Shown piece by piece: positions 40,108 through 48,061 of a stretch of 64,000 nucleotides of DNA. The stretch covers positions 448,001-512,000 of the forward strand of contig JAXGYC010000008.1 of NCBI GenBank assembly GCA_040772485.1, read 5' to 3'. The first letter of the stretch is position 1. Every line of letters begins with the position of its first letter. The position numbers and the translations under genes were made by a program. Source of the DNA: Sedimentisphaerales bacterium (GTDB taxonomy: Bacteria > Planctomycetota > Phycisphaerae > Sedimentisphaerales > Anaerobacaceae). The notes under the pieces are model-generated. The model was not told the DNA's origin, searched no databases, and worked only from the letters and a program-made list of their open reading frames with translations.

Positions 40108-41877
40108 TCACCGGCGTTTCTGGATGGGCAGGCCGCAGGCGCCGAACTCGGTCTTGGGGCTGTCGACACGGCCCTGGCTGAACGCGGGGGCCCAGAGGCC
40201 CTGCGTCTTGCCTATCGGCTCGAAGCCGCTGCTGGGATCGGCGCCAACCTTCAACTCATAGGAAACCACAGGGACCAGGCTCTGTAGCTTCGTCATGTAG
40301 TAGCCCTGCTCGAATTTCAGATCATCGAGCGAGACATGCCATTGGAGGATGATCGTGTTTCGGCTGGCGGTCAGCTTGTCGATGGGCAGCTCGATGTCAT
40401 ACGTGCCGTCGCCGCTCTTGTGGAAGGGCAGAGTCACAGTGTCCGTCACCGGCGCGTCTGCCACGCGGCCGAGCAGCACGCCTTCGAGCGGGGTCGCGGC
40501 GTAGGGCAGGCGAACCGGCAGAAGCGCGGTGTCGTGCGGGCCTTGCAGGAGCGTCAGGTAGGCTTTGACCCGAGCCTTGCCCTCGGGCAGAATCATCCAG
40601 TAGTCGATCTGCCTGCCGACGAATTCGGGCTTGTCCCACTGCTGGTAGGTGGGCTTGGGCGCGGGGACATCATCCGCATCAAGCGGCTCGGGCAGGTTCT
40701 CCACCGCCGCGTCTTCGACGTGGAGATCGCCATAGATGACGCGGTAGGTTTCAGAGTCTTTCGGACGATACCAGAAGATCGCCTTGTCCGCCTCGCCGAG
40801 TTTCACTCCTTGGCCTCTATAGGTCCATTCGCCCTCGGCCTTCTGGCTGAAGAACCGAATGAAGAGTAGATGCTTGTTCATCTTCACTCCCAGTTCGGCC
40901 TCCTCCTCCTTTGACAGTCCCAGTTCCTCGCCCTTGCCCTGCATCCCTTCAATGCTCCGCATGAAATCCTCGATGGCCACGCCGTCCGGGAAATACCCAT
41001 CGCCGAAGATCTCTGCCCGCATCCGCAGACCTTCGATGAAGTCCTCCTCCGTCGCGCCCAGCAGGTCAAGCGTGGTTTCACCGGCGGAGGTATACCCTTC
41101 GGGCACCTCCATGGAGAACAGGGACTCGTCAAAAGGCACGTCGAACTGCATGTTCTTGCAGATCGTTCGCATCTGGCCTTCGTTCTGCTCGATGCGCACG
41201 GGCAGGCCGGTCTCCGCGTCGGCCCAGAGCGTGATCTCGGTGCGCGGGTGTTTGGCAAGGAAGCCCACGACCTCTCGACCGTCGATCTCCTGAACACCGA
41301 GATCCTCGACGACGAAATCGGGGCTCTTGTCCAACATGAGCAGGACGTTCTTGAGATGGTCCATATAATTCGGTATCGAGGGCAGCCCCTCCAGACTCAC
41401 GTACTGCGCTTCCTTCTTCTCGTCGAAAAGCGTCAGAATCCGGCTTGACTCCAGGTCAATGATCGCAACGGTATTGCCCATGCCGGCGACGGTTCTTCGG
41501 ATGCGCGAGCCCATGACCATATCGTGGATGACAGGCGCGTTGCCGTCCTCAGGACCGATGATGATGTCGAATTCGGCGGTGCCGGCTCTGAGGATGGGCT
41601 GGATGACCTGGGCAAAGGTCAACGTCGAGCCCACCGGGTTGCCGACAAAGTGAAACGCAATCAATGCCGCGATCGTGATCCCTGCCGCGGCGGCAATCTT
41701 TGTTGTTCTGCTGGTCATGATGATTCTCCATAACGCCGGCTCCGGATGCGTTGTCGCACGCCGGCGGCGCTCTTCCAGCTCGTCGAGGGCACCGCGCAGC
41801 ATTCGCTCGTCCGCCCCCTGGCCGGCTGCGATTTGGGATTCGTGGATCAGTCGTCTTATCTCATCTGCCGGTTTCAT
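40108..41877 (-). CDS. Putative anti-sigma factor, TM + LolA-like domain + extra C-terminal domain
   Basis: Overlaps the ECF3 stop; TM KIAAAAGITIAALIAF; LWADAETGLPVRIE..FDESLFSMEVPEGY; paralogous to 13888-15222. Confidence 0.8.
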   Translation of the reverse strand: MKPADEIRRLIHESQIAAGQGADERMLRGALDELEERRRRATTHPEPALWRIIMTSRTTKIAAAAGITIAALIAFHFVGNPVGSTLTFAQVIQPILRAGTAEFDIIIGPEDGNAPVIHDMVMGSRIRRTVAGMGNTVAIIDLESSRILTLFDEKKEAQYVSLEGLPSIPNYMDHLKNVLLMLDKSPDFVVEDLGVQEIDGREVVGFLAKHPRTEITLWADAETGLPVRIEQNEGQMRTICKNMQFDVPFDESLFSMEVPEGYTSAGETTLDLLGATEEDFIEGLRMRAEIFGDGYFPDGVAIEDFMRSIEGMQGKGEELGLSKEEEAELGVKMNKHLLFIRFFSQKAEGEWTYRGQGVKLGEADKAIFWYRPKDSETYRVIYGDLHVEDAAVENLPEPLDADDVPAPKPTYQQWDKPEFVGRQIDYWMILPEGKARVKAYLTLLQGPHDTALLPVRLPYAATPLEGVLLGRVADAPVTDTVTLPFHKSGDGTYDIELPIDKLTASRNTIILQWHVSLDDLKFEQGYYMTKLQSLVPVVSYELKVGADPSSGFEPIGKTQGLWAPAFSQGRVDSPKTEFGACGLPIQKRR

Positions 41878-42416
41878 CGGGTGACCTCACCGTTGAGAAG
41901 TAACCGCAGTTTGTCGATTCCATAACGGTAGCGGCTCTTGGCCGTATTGGTCGAAATCTGCCGCGCCCGGGCGATGGCGCCGAAGGTCATCGAGCCGTGC
42001 AGGTGCATCAGGACTGCTTCGCGCTGCTCGAACGGCAACTCGGCCATCGCGAGGCTGAGCCGCCCGAGCTGTTCGTTGCACTCGACCGCCTCGACGGGTC
42101 CATCGGCATCCACGGGCGTGGTGTCATTGATACCAGCCCCTGACCGGCCGCGTCGCCGCTCGGCCTTGTTCCAGTTGCGAGCGTGGTTGGCCACGCAGGT
42201 CAGCAGGAAGCCCTTGAGACTGCCGGTCAGCCGGAAACCGTCCAGGCCTCGCACGAACGACACGAACACGTCATGCACCACGTCCTCGCAGGCGCTGCGG
42301 TCGTTCAGCAGGGCTATCGCGAGGAAGAGCAGGTCCGTCTTGTACTTGCGGTATATGCGCGCAAGGGCCTCCGGGCTTCCCCGCTTACATCGATAAACAA
42401 GCAGCTTGTCTTCCAT
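41874..42416 (-). CDS. ECF RNA polymerase sigma-70 factor (ECF3)
   Basis: CEDVVHDVFV..LKGFLLTCVANHARN; LPFEQREAV..TAKSRYRYG. Confidence 0.92.
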   Translation of the reverse strand: MEDKLLVYRCKRGSPEALARIYRKYKTDLLFLAIALLNDRSACEDVVHDVFVSFVRGLDGFRLTGSLKGFLLTCVANHARNWNKAERRRGRSGAGINDTTPVDADGPVEAVECNEQLGRLSLAMAELPFEQREAVLMHLHGSMTFGAIARARQISTNTAKSRYRYGIDKLRLLLNGEVTR

Positions 42417-42585
42417 AGTGCCGGTCCGGCGAACCCGTCTGCAAACGTCTGTCGGCAATATAACAACCGCCGAGGCGATTCGGGTCTACCGGGCGAAGCG
42501 TTTTTTCGCAACCGGCGTGTTCGCGGCGCGGGCGCATGGAAAAGGCCGGGTGGAAAGCCCGGCCTGGTGCAAATCATATTTTCGA

Positions 42586-42678
42586 GCAGGGGCGAATCAT
42601 GATTCGCCCCGTTTGTGGCGTGCCCGTGAGGGCATACCTTCGATGGAACAGGTAACGCCTTACGGCGTCACTACAAAC
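42586..42678. repeat. Composite REP cluster: family B palindrome (42586-42610) abutting family A doublet (42611-42678)
   Basis: GCAGGGGCGAATCATGATTCGCCCC followed by GTTTGTGGCGTGCCCGTGAGGGCATAC...GTAACGCCTTACGGCGTCACTACAAAC. Confidence 0.8.
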
Positions 42679-42679
42679 G

Positions 42680-43990
42680 TCAGTTGCCGGACAGAGCCTC
42701 GACGATGGTGCCGGCGAAGAGCGGCACGACGAGCGGTCCGGTCGAGGTGATGATGCGGCCGTCTCTCTCGACCGCCGCACCAGTGAAGACCGCGCCCGAG
42801 GCAACCAGGCGGTTCCGTTCGGCCGGCAGACTCGTCGCCCGAACGCCTCGGAGCACTCCGGCGTGGGCCAGGATCACCGGGCCGGTGCTGCTGGCCGCAA
42901 CCACCTTCCGCTGGGCCACCGCCCGACGCGCCAAGCCGACAGCCAGCGGGCTGTTGTAGTACTCGATCGTCCCCACCCCGCCGATGAAGACGAAGGCATC
43001 GAAGTCCTCGACCTTCACCTGGTTCAATGGCATGTCGGCCTGGGCGAAACTGCCGAACGCACCGACGATTCTGCCAGCCCGGGTGCTGGCGATGACCGTC
43101 TGCACGTTCGCCAGGCCCAGGGTGCGAGCCGTCTCGGAAAGCTCCTGGTCCTGGAATCCGTTGGGCGGCACGATGAGCACGGCTCGTGCGGAGCCCTGCC
43201 CCGATGGAGATCCACCTGCGGTGGACTGCGCCGCCGCTGCCGCCCGCGAGGCCGGATAGCCCACCAGGGCAACATACATCGGGTCCGCTGCCCGCGCCAG
43301 CCGCAGAGCCCGTTTGATTGCAGAGCTATCCACGTTGGCCGAGGCGATGTACGTCAGGTCGAGACTGACCGCCTGGAGCTGGAGGTTCTGCGACATCTGT
43401 CCGGCCAGCAATGCCATGACGCTCCTGGCGTTCTGGCCGTAGATCGCAGAGAAGTCGCGTACCGAGCCGGTAATGATGATCTGGCAACTGCCCGTGGTGG
43501 TCGGCGGAATGGAGACGTTCGGTTGGCGGCTGAAGACCGCGGCCGCGATGGCCCCGCGCACGTCGTTGTCAGAGATCTGCTGCAAGGCATGACCGATCGG
43601 GTCGTAAAGGTACGTCCCTTCAGGCAGCGAGAAATAGACCCTCAACGGGCTCAGGCTGCCGGGCGTGGCCGTGGCGCCTTCGGTCCTGGGAGCAGTCACC
43701 CCCTGGGCGGCCCAGGCAAGCTGGCCGATCTCCTCTAATGTCAATTTTTGGTCGGAAGGGAACTCAAGGTTCTGTGAGAGGGTCAGGGCCCTTTCGACAC
43801 TGACGGCACTCGATGCGGCCGGAGCGGGTAGTTGAACGTTCTTGAGCCTGGCGCCGCGGGGCGTACGGGTCCCCGTCGCGTCCCGGCCGGCCTGTTCCTG
43901 TCCCCAGCAGATGACCGACATGGCCAGAAGGACAGGCACCCATCGCAATCCGCATCGCCGGCAGGCAACGGAAGAAGTCTTACGCGTCAT
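42680..43990 (-). CDS. Secreted fusion of SagB-type nitroreductase-like and DJ-1/PfpI domains
   Basis: GGAGG RBS, signal peptide; LTLEEIGQLAWAAQG..YLYDP..AGQMSQNLQLQAVSL; FQDQEL..DFDAFVFIGGVG..VERDGRIITS. Confidence 0.8.
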   Translation of the reverse strand: MTRKTSSVACRRCGLRWVPVLLAMSVICWGQEQAGRDATGTRTPRGARLKNVQLPAPAASSAVSVERALTLSQNLEFPSDQKLTLEEIGQLAWAAQGVTAPRTEGATATPGSLSPLRVYFSLPEGTYLYDPIGHALQQISDNDVRGAIAAAVFSRQPNVSIPPTTTGSCQIIITGSVRDFSAIYGQNARSVMALLAGQMSQNLQLQAVSLDLTYIASANVDSSAIKRALRLARAADPMYVALVGYPASRAAAAAQSTAGGSPSGQGSARAVLIVPPNGFQDQELSETARTLGLANVQTVIASTRAGRIVGAFGSFAQADMPLNQVKVEDFDAFVFIGGVGTIEYYNSPLAVGLARRAVAQRKVVAASSTGPVILAHAGVLRGVRATSLPAERNRLVASGAVFTGAAVERDGRIITSTGPLVVPLFAGTIVEALSGN

Positions 43991-44103
43991 ATGCTGTTCC
44001 TCCAAATGGACCAAAGCCCATTCTACAGCGTAACACTTTGGGCGGGACTTCGCCACAGGATTCCTGGCAGGGGCGAGGTGGTCTCTGGGGTCCTTCTCGG
44101 GCC

Positions 44104-44139
44104 CCAAAGGACCAAAGGGACCGTAAGGACCGAAAGGAC
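44104..44139. repeat. Four imperfect tandem 9-mers ending in GGAC
   Basis: CCAAAGGAC CAAAGGGAC CGTAAGGAC CGAAAGGAC. Confidence 0.7.
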
Positions 44140-44222
44140 TCTATGCCGGCACGCCACGAACTTGGTACAATCACGCGGACGGATGATTTGCGTCTGGCAG
44201 CATGGCCTTCAAGGTGCAGTAC

Positions 44223-45089
44223 ATGGCGATGGCACAACGGCGGAAATGGATGATCCTGGCCCTGGCGCTCTACTGGCCGGCGCTGTTTGTGCTGGCGCAC
44301 ATCCCGATCCCGGCGGTTGTGCGCGAGGCCAACATCTCGGACAAGGGTCTCCATTTCCTGATGTACGCCATTCTGACGTTCCTGCTGTGGTCGGCGGTCG
44401 GTCCCGATTCGAAAGTCAGGTGGCGCCGGCCCGGGGGTTGGCTCATACTTGCCGCGGTCCTTCTCTACAGCCTCTGCGACGAGGGTCTCCAGCATTTCGT
44501 GTCGGGCCGCTCGGCGGACGCGAGAGATCTTGTGGCGGACCTGGCGGGAGCGGCGGTGGCGCTGGGCATCCTCACGGTCTTTTCCTTCTGGCCCGCCGGA
44601 GCCATCATCACGGCCATGACGGTCTACATGCTGCCTGTCCTGGCCCGGCGGAACCTGATGAACCTGCTGCCCGTGATGACCACTGTGTTCTACGTGGGGG
44701 GCTATGCAACCTTCACCCTTCTCTGGACGCGCTGCCTGCGTTGGCACGAGGGCGCCAGAAGGGTCGGCTGGGCATGGCTTGCCGCCTCCGTGTCGGGACC
44801 GTTGGCCCTGCTGGCGGCCACACGAATCAGTGCGAAGGCAGCGGGCCGGCCGTTCGACCGGTGGGACATGTTGGCGGCCGCGATGGGGATCCTCGTGGGA
44901 GTCCTGGTCGCCTGGGGAGTGGGATGGCCCGCCCGCCGGAAGACACGACAGGCGAATGGTGATTCGCCCCTACAGATCGGCTCGAAACGGCCGGTACAGG
45001 GGGTCGCCGATGAGGACCAGTTGCCAGGAGTTGAACGGCTTGGTGCGGTAGAAGGCCTCGACCAGACAGCGACCGTCAAACAGCTCTGA
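44223..45089 (+). CDS. VanZ-family membrane protein (start 44202-44229 uncertain)
   Basis: DKGLHFLMYAIL, DEGLQHFVSGRSADARDLVADLAG. Confidence 0.85.
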   Translation: MAMAQRRKWMILALALYWPALFVLAHIPIPAVVREANISDKGLHFLMYAILTFLLWSAVGPDSKVRWRRPGGWLILAAVLLYSLCDEGLQHFVSGRSADARDLVADLAGAAVALGILTVFSFWPAGAIITAMTVYMLPVLARRNLMNLLPVMTTVFYVGGYATFTLLWTRCLRWHEGARRVGWAWLAASVSGPLALLAATRISAKAAGRPFDRWDMLAAAMGILVGVLVAWGVGWPARRKTRQANGDSPLQIGSKRPVQGVADEDQLPGVERLGAVEGLDQTATVKQL

Positions 45090-46187
45090 GAAGAACGCCT
45101 TGGGCGGCGGAAAGCTGTGCAGATAAGGCTCGGCCACGGGACCGAGCGTCGCGGTGATCCCTCGGGCGAGCATGGCGGGACACCACTGCGTGCTGTTGGG
45201 GTCGTGCAGGCCCCCCGCCTCGAAGCTGGCAATGTGGAATCCCACGGCGCCCGGAGCAAACTCGAAGGCGTCGACGTACTTGCTGACGCTGTACCAGCCA
45301 CAATAGATCGCCGTGTCGGGACAACTGCCCGGCTCGAACAGAGCCGCCGTACGCTCCTCCTTGACCGGCAGCGACGTTCGCAACTGGATCAGCAGCGCCA
45401 AGTCTCGAAGATACTGGTCGTAACGGCTGTAGGGATCCTTGCCGAAGAGGCCGCGCGAATCGACGTAGGCCGTTCCCTTCAGGCCCTGTGCCTCGGCGGC
45501 CAGGGCCTTGTCGACCAATCCCTTGGCGATCGTGTCGTCGGGACCGTCGAGCCGGGAGACCATCAGGGTGCGGAAGGGCTGCGGCCCGGTGCTGCGCAGC
45601 ATGTTCGGCTGCCATCGGTAGAGCTCATAGGCGCCGAACAGGACCATCGACAATTCGCTGTCGACGGACGCGTTGGTCTCGGTTCCGCTGATGCAGTCGA
45701 TCTCGCCCTGTATGAAGGTCACCTGCAAGGTGCGCTGCCGGTGCTCGGGCGAATCGTTTTGCCCCTTGGCCTCCAGTTGAGCGACCGCCTCTTTCTCCTG
45801 CTCCAACTGCTGCCGCAACTGCTTGAGCCGGTCTTCGGACTTGGCGAGCGGGCCCCGCGGTCCGACGCGAAAAGGCACCCCGTAGGTCGCGACGAGACAC
45901 TTGACGTGGGCGAGGTCCTGCCGGGTGGCGAAGAGCCGGCGGATGGGCCGGGCGATCTGCATGTCGTAGTCGTCCCGGCTGATGGAATCGCGAAGGGTCG
46001 CGCCCAGGACCAGCGGGACTACGTGGCGGTTCGGCACGCCGCGACGCTCGCAGTAGTACCGCGCCAGGCGCACCGAAGCGGGGTTGTTCACGTTCGCCAG
46101 AACCAGGATGTCGTTGGGTTCCAACGCGCGGACAGGCCGGCTGCACAGCAGGATCAGGAGAACACATAGCGATCGGTTCTTCGTCAT
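44970..46187 (-). CDS. TIGR03790-family protein
   Basis: LARYYCERRGVP, ASVDSEL, MVSRLDGP, YCGWYS, GAVGFHIASFE, ATLGPVAEPYLHSFP, IGDPLYRPF. Confidence 0.88.
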   Translation of the reverse strand: MTKNRSLCVLLILLCSRPVRALEPNDILVLANVNNPASVRLARYYCERRGVPNRHVVPLVLGATLRDSISRDDYDMQIARPIRRLFATRQDLAHVKCLVATYGVPFRVGPRGPLAKSEDRLKQLRQQLEQEKEAVAQLEAKGQNDSPEHRQRTLQVTFIQGEIDCISGTETNASVDSELSMVLFGAYELYRWQPNMLRSTGPQPFRTLMVSRLDGPDDTIAKGLVDKALAAEAQGLKGTAYVDSRGLFGKDPYSRYDQYLRDLALLIQLRTSLPVKEERTAALFEPGSCPDTAIYCGWYSVSKYVDAFEFAPGAVGFHIASFEAGGLHDPNSTQWCPAMLARGITATLGPVAEPYLHSFPPPKAFFSELFDGRCLVEAFYRTKPFNSWQLVLIGDPLYRPFRADL

Positions 46188-46273
46188 TCCAGGAGTACCT
46201 CCATCCGCTCGTCGGCATGGCTCCTCGCTCGCAGGACCGCGAGGAATCCCGCGGGCGAGGCGCCCAGGCGGAC

Positions 46274-47419
46274 TCATTCGGGGCCGTGGGACCGATAGGG
46301 CAGGTTCGCCGGGTGCTCGCGAGTCACTTCCTCATAATCATCCAGCCAGCAGGCCTGCGGGTTGCTGGCAAATACCAGCATCCGGCCGCTGTCGGCGTCG
46401 TTGGCGGCGCGATGGTACCGGAAGTACACGCGATCCGACAGCTTGCCGAGAATCTCGATCTTCCCGGTGGCGTGGCTCATCACGAAGCGCAGCCGTTTCG
46501 CCAGCCCGGAGACGCGCGACTTGGCCTGTTCGACGATCTCGCAGCCGGTTTCGATCGGGACCGTGTAGGCCCGGTTGCCCACCGCCGGACGGCATTGGAA
46601 GATGTAGTAGGGAACCGCGCCGATGAACGACAGCCTGGCCAGAAGCGTCGCCAGCGTTTCGGGGTCGTCGTTGACGCCGCGAATCAGAGGGGTCTGATTG
46701 GCCGTGATGGCCCCGGCCTCCTGGAGCGCGTCCACCGCCTCGACCGCCACGTCCGTCAGCTCGCGCGGATGGATGAAATGCGTCATCACGTAGAGGCGCT
46801 TGCGAGGCGTGCTGTATCGCCGGATCATGTCCGCCAGGGTCGGGTCCTCGAGAATCCGGTATGGATTGAACGCAGGCGTTCGCGTGCCGATGCGGATGAT
46901 CTGCACGTGCTCGATCTGACGAATCCGACCCACAATGTCCGCCAGTTTCGACGTCGCCAGGACCAGAGGGTCGCCGCCGGTGAGGAGGACATTCGTGATC
47001 TCGCGATGCTCGGCGATATAGGCCATCGCCGCCGGGATGTCACGAAGGTATTCCCACTGGGGGCGGATGAACACGCGTTTGCGGAAACAATACCGGCAAA
47101 TCCCCTCGCAGACGTTGCTGACCAGCAGCAGGACGGTCGTAGGGTACTTGTGTTCGAGGCCGGGCAGCACCGTGTAGGTTTCCTCGTCGGACGGATCGAG
47201 GCGGCCCCACTCCTCCAGTTCCTCCAGATTCGGCACGACCGCCCGGCGAATCGGGTCGTTCGGATCGTTCCAGTCGATCAGCGACAGGTAGTAGTCGTTG
47301 CAGCGAAAGGCAAACCGTTGCGCGACCGGCTCCAGCGCCGCCCGTTCCTCATCGTCGAGCGGCTCGATCTGGTCGAGCTTCGTGAGGTACTTGCAGTGAT
47401 GGGGCGGGTTGGCTGTCAT
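46274..47419 (-). CDS. KamA-family radical SAM protein (lysine 2,3-aminomutase-like)
   Basis: GLEHKYP, CEGICRYCFRKR, LLTGGDPL, RIGTR, THFIHPRE, NQTPLIRGVNDD, PYYIFQC. Confidence 0.92.
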   Translation of the reverse strand: MTANPPHHCKYLTKLDQIEPLDDEERAALEPVAQRFAFRCNDYYLSLIDWNDPNDPIRRAVVPNLEELEEWGRLDPSDEETYTVLPGLEHKYPTTVLLLVSNVCEGICRYCFRKRVFIRPQWEYLRDIPAAMAYIAEHREITNVLLTGGDPLVLATSKLADIVGRIRQIEHVQIIRIGTRTPAFNPYRILEDPTLADMIRRYSTPRKRLYVMTHFIHPRELTDVAVEAVDALQEAGAITANQTPLIRGVNDDPETLATLLARLSFIGAVPYYIFQCRPAVGNRAYTVPIETGCEIVEQAKSRVSGLAKRLRFVMSHATGKIEILGKLSDRVYFRYHRAANDADSGRMLVFASNPQACWLDDYEEVTREHPANLPYRSHGPE

Positions 47420-48060
47420 GAGCGCGCGTCCTGATTCGTATGGTGTTCCGTCTGTTCCAGGGTTCTTTCTCCTCGAACCGATTCGTTCTGCGAGTATCTC
47501 TTTTCGTAGATGCCCTTGCGTCCGCACAATCGTGCGAGTGTGGTCAGAAGGACAGCTGCGTCGAGCCGCAGGCCCGCCCGTTCCACGTACTGGACGTCGA
47601 GCTCCAGCTTCTGTTCCCGCGTCAGAGCGCCGCGACCGGCGATTTGCGCCAGGCCGGTCAGCCCGGGCCGGACGGACAACCGCCGCCTCTGCCGGTCGTT
47701 CCACTCGGCGATCTGCGAAACGTACAGCGGTCGAGGCCCCACGAGACTCATATCCCCTTTGACTATATTAGCCAACTGGGGCAATTCGTCAAGCGAACGC
47801 TCCCGGAGCCATCGGCCGACGCCCGTAAGCCGCGGATCGTCAGGCGACCTCGGACTGGGCCCGAACGGCTCAACGTCGAGTCGCATGGTCCGAAATTTGT
47901 AGAGCGTGAAGGGCTTTCCGCCCTTGCCCGCGCGCTGCTGCGCGAACAGGGCCGGCCCCCTGCTGCTCAGTCGAATCGCCAGCGCAATAGCCAGCAGCAG
48001 CGGCGCCAGCAACACCAGCAGCACGCCGGCAACAAGAATGTCGAATGCTCGTTTCGCGAT
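47416..48060 (-). CDS. Bacterial sugar transferase (priming phosphoglycosyltransferase); start non-canonical or at GTG 48024
   Basis: KRAFDI, KFRTM, DPRLT, SLDELPQL, GDMSLVGPRP, RPGLTGLAQ. Confidence 0.92.
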   Translation of the reverse strand: MAKRAFDILVAGVLLVLLAPLLLAIALAIRLSSRGPALFAQQRAGKGGKPFTLYKFRTMRLDVEPFGPSPRSPDDPRLTGVGRWLRERSLDELPQLANIVKGDMSLVGPRPLYVSQIAEWNDRQRRRLSVRPGLTGLAQIAGRGALTREQKLELDVQYVERAGLRLDAAVLLTTLARLCGRKGIYEKRYSQNESVRGERTLEQTEHHTNQDARS

Positions 48061-48061
48061 C

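Noticed and set aside
44080..44140. Possible CRISPR-like repeats
   Set aside because: Units are 9 bp with no spacers; no cas genes or array anywhere in the window
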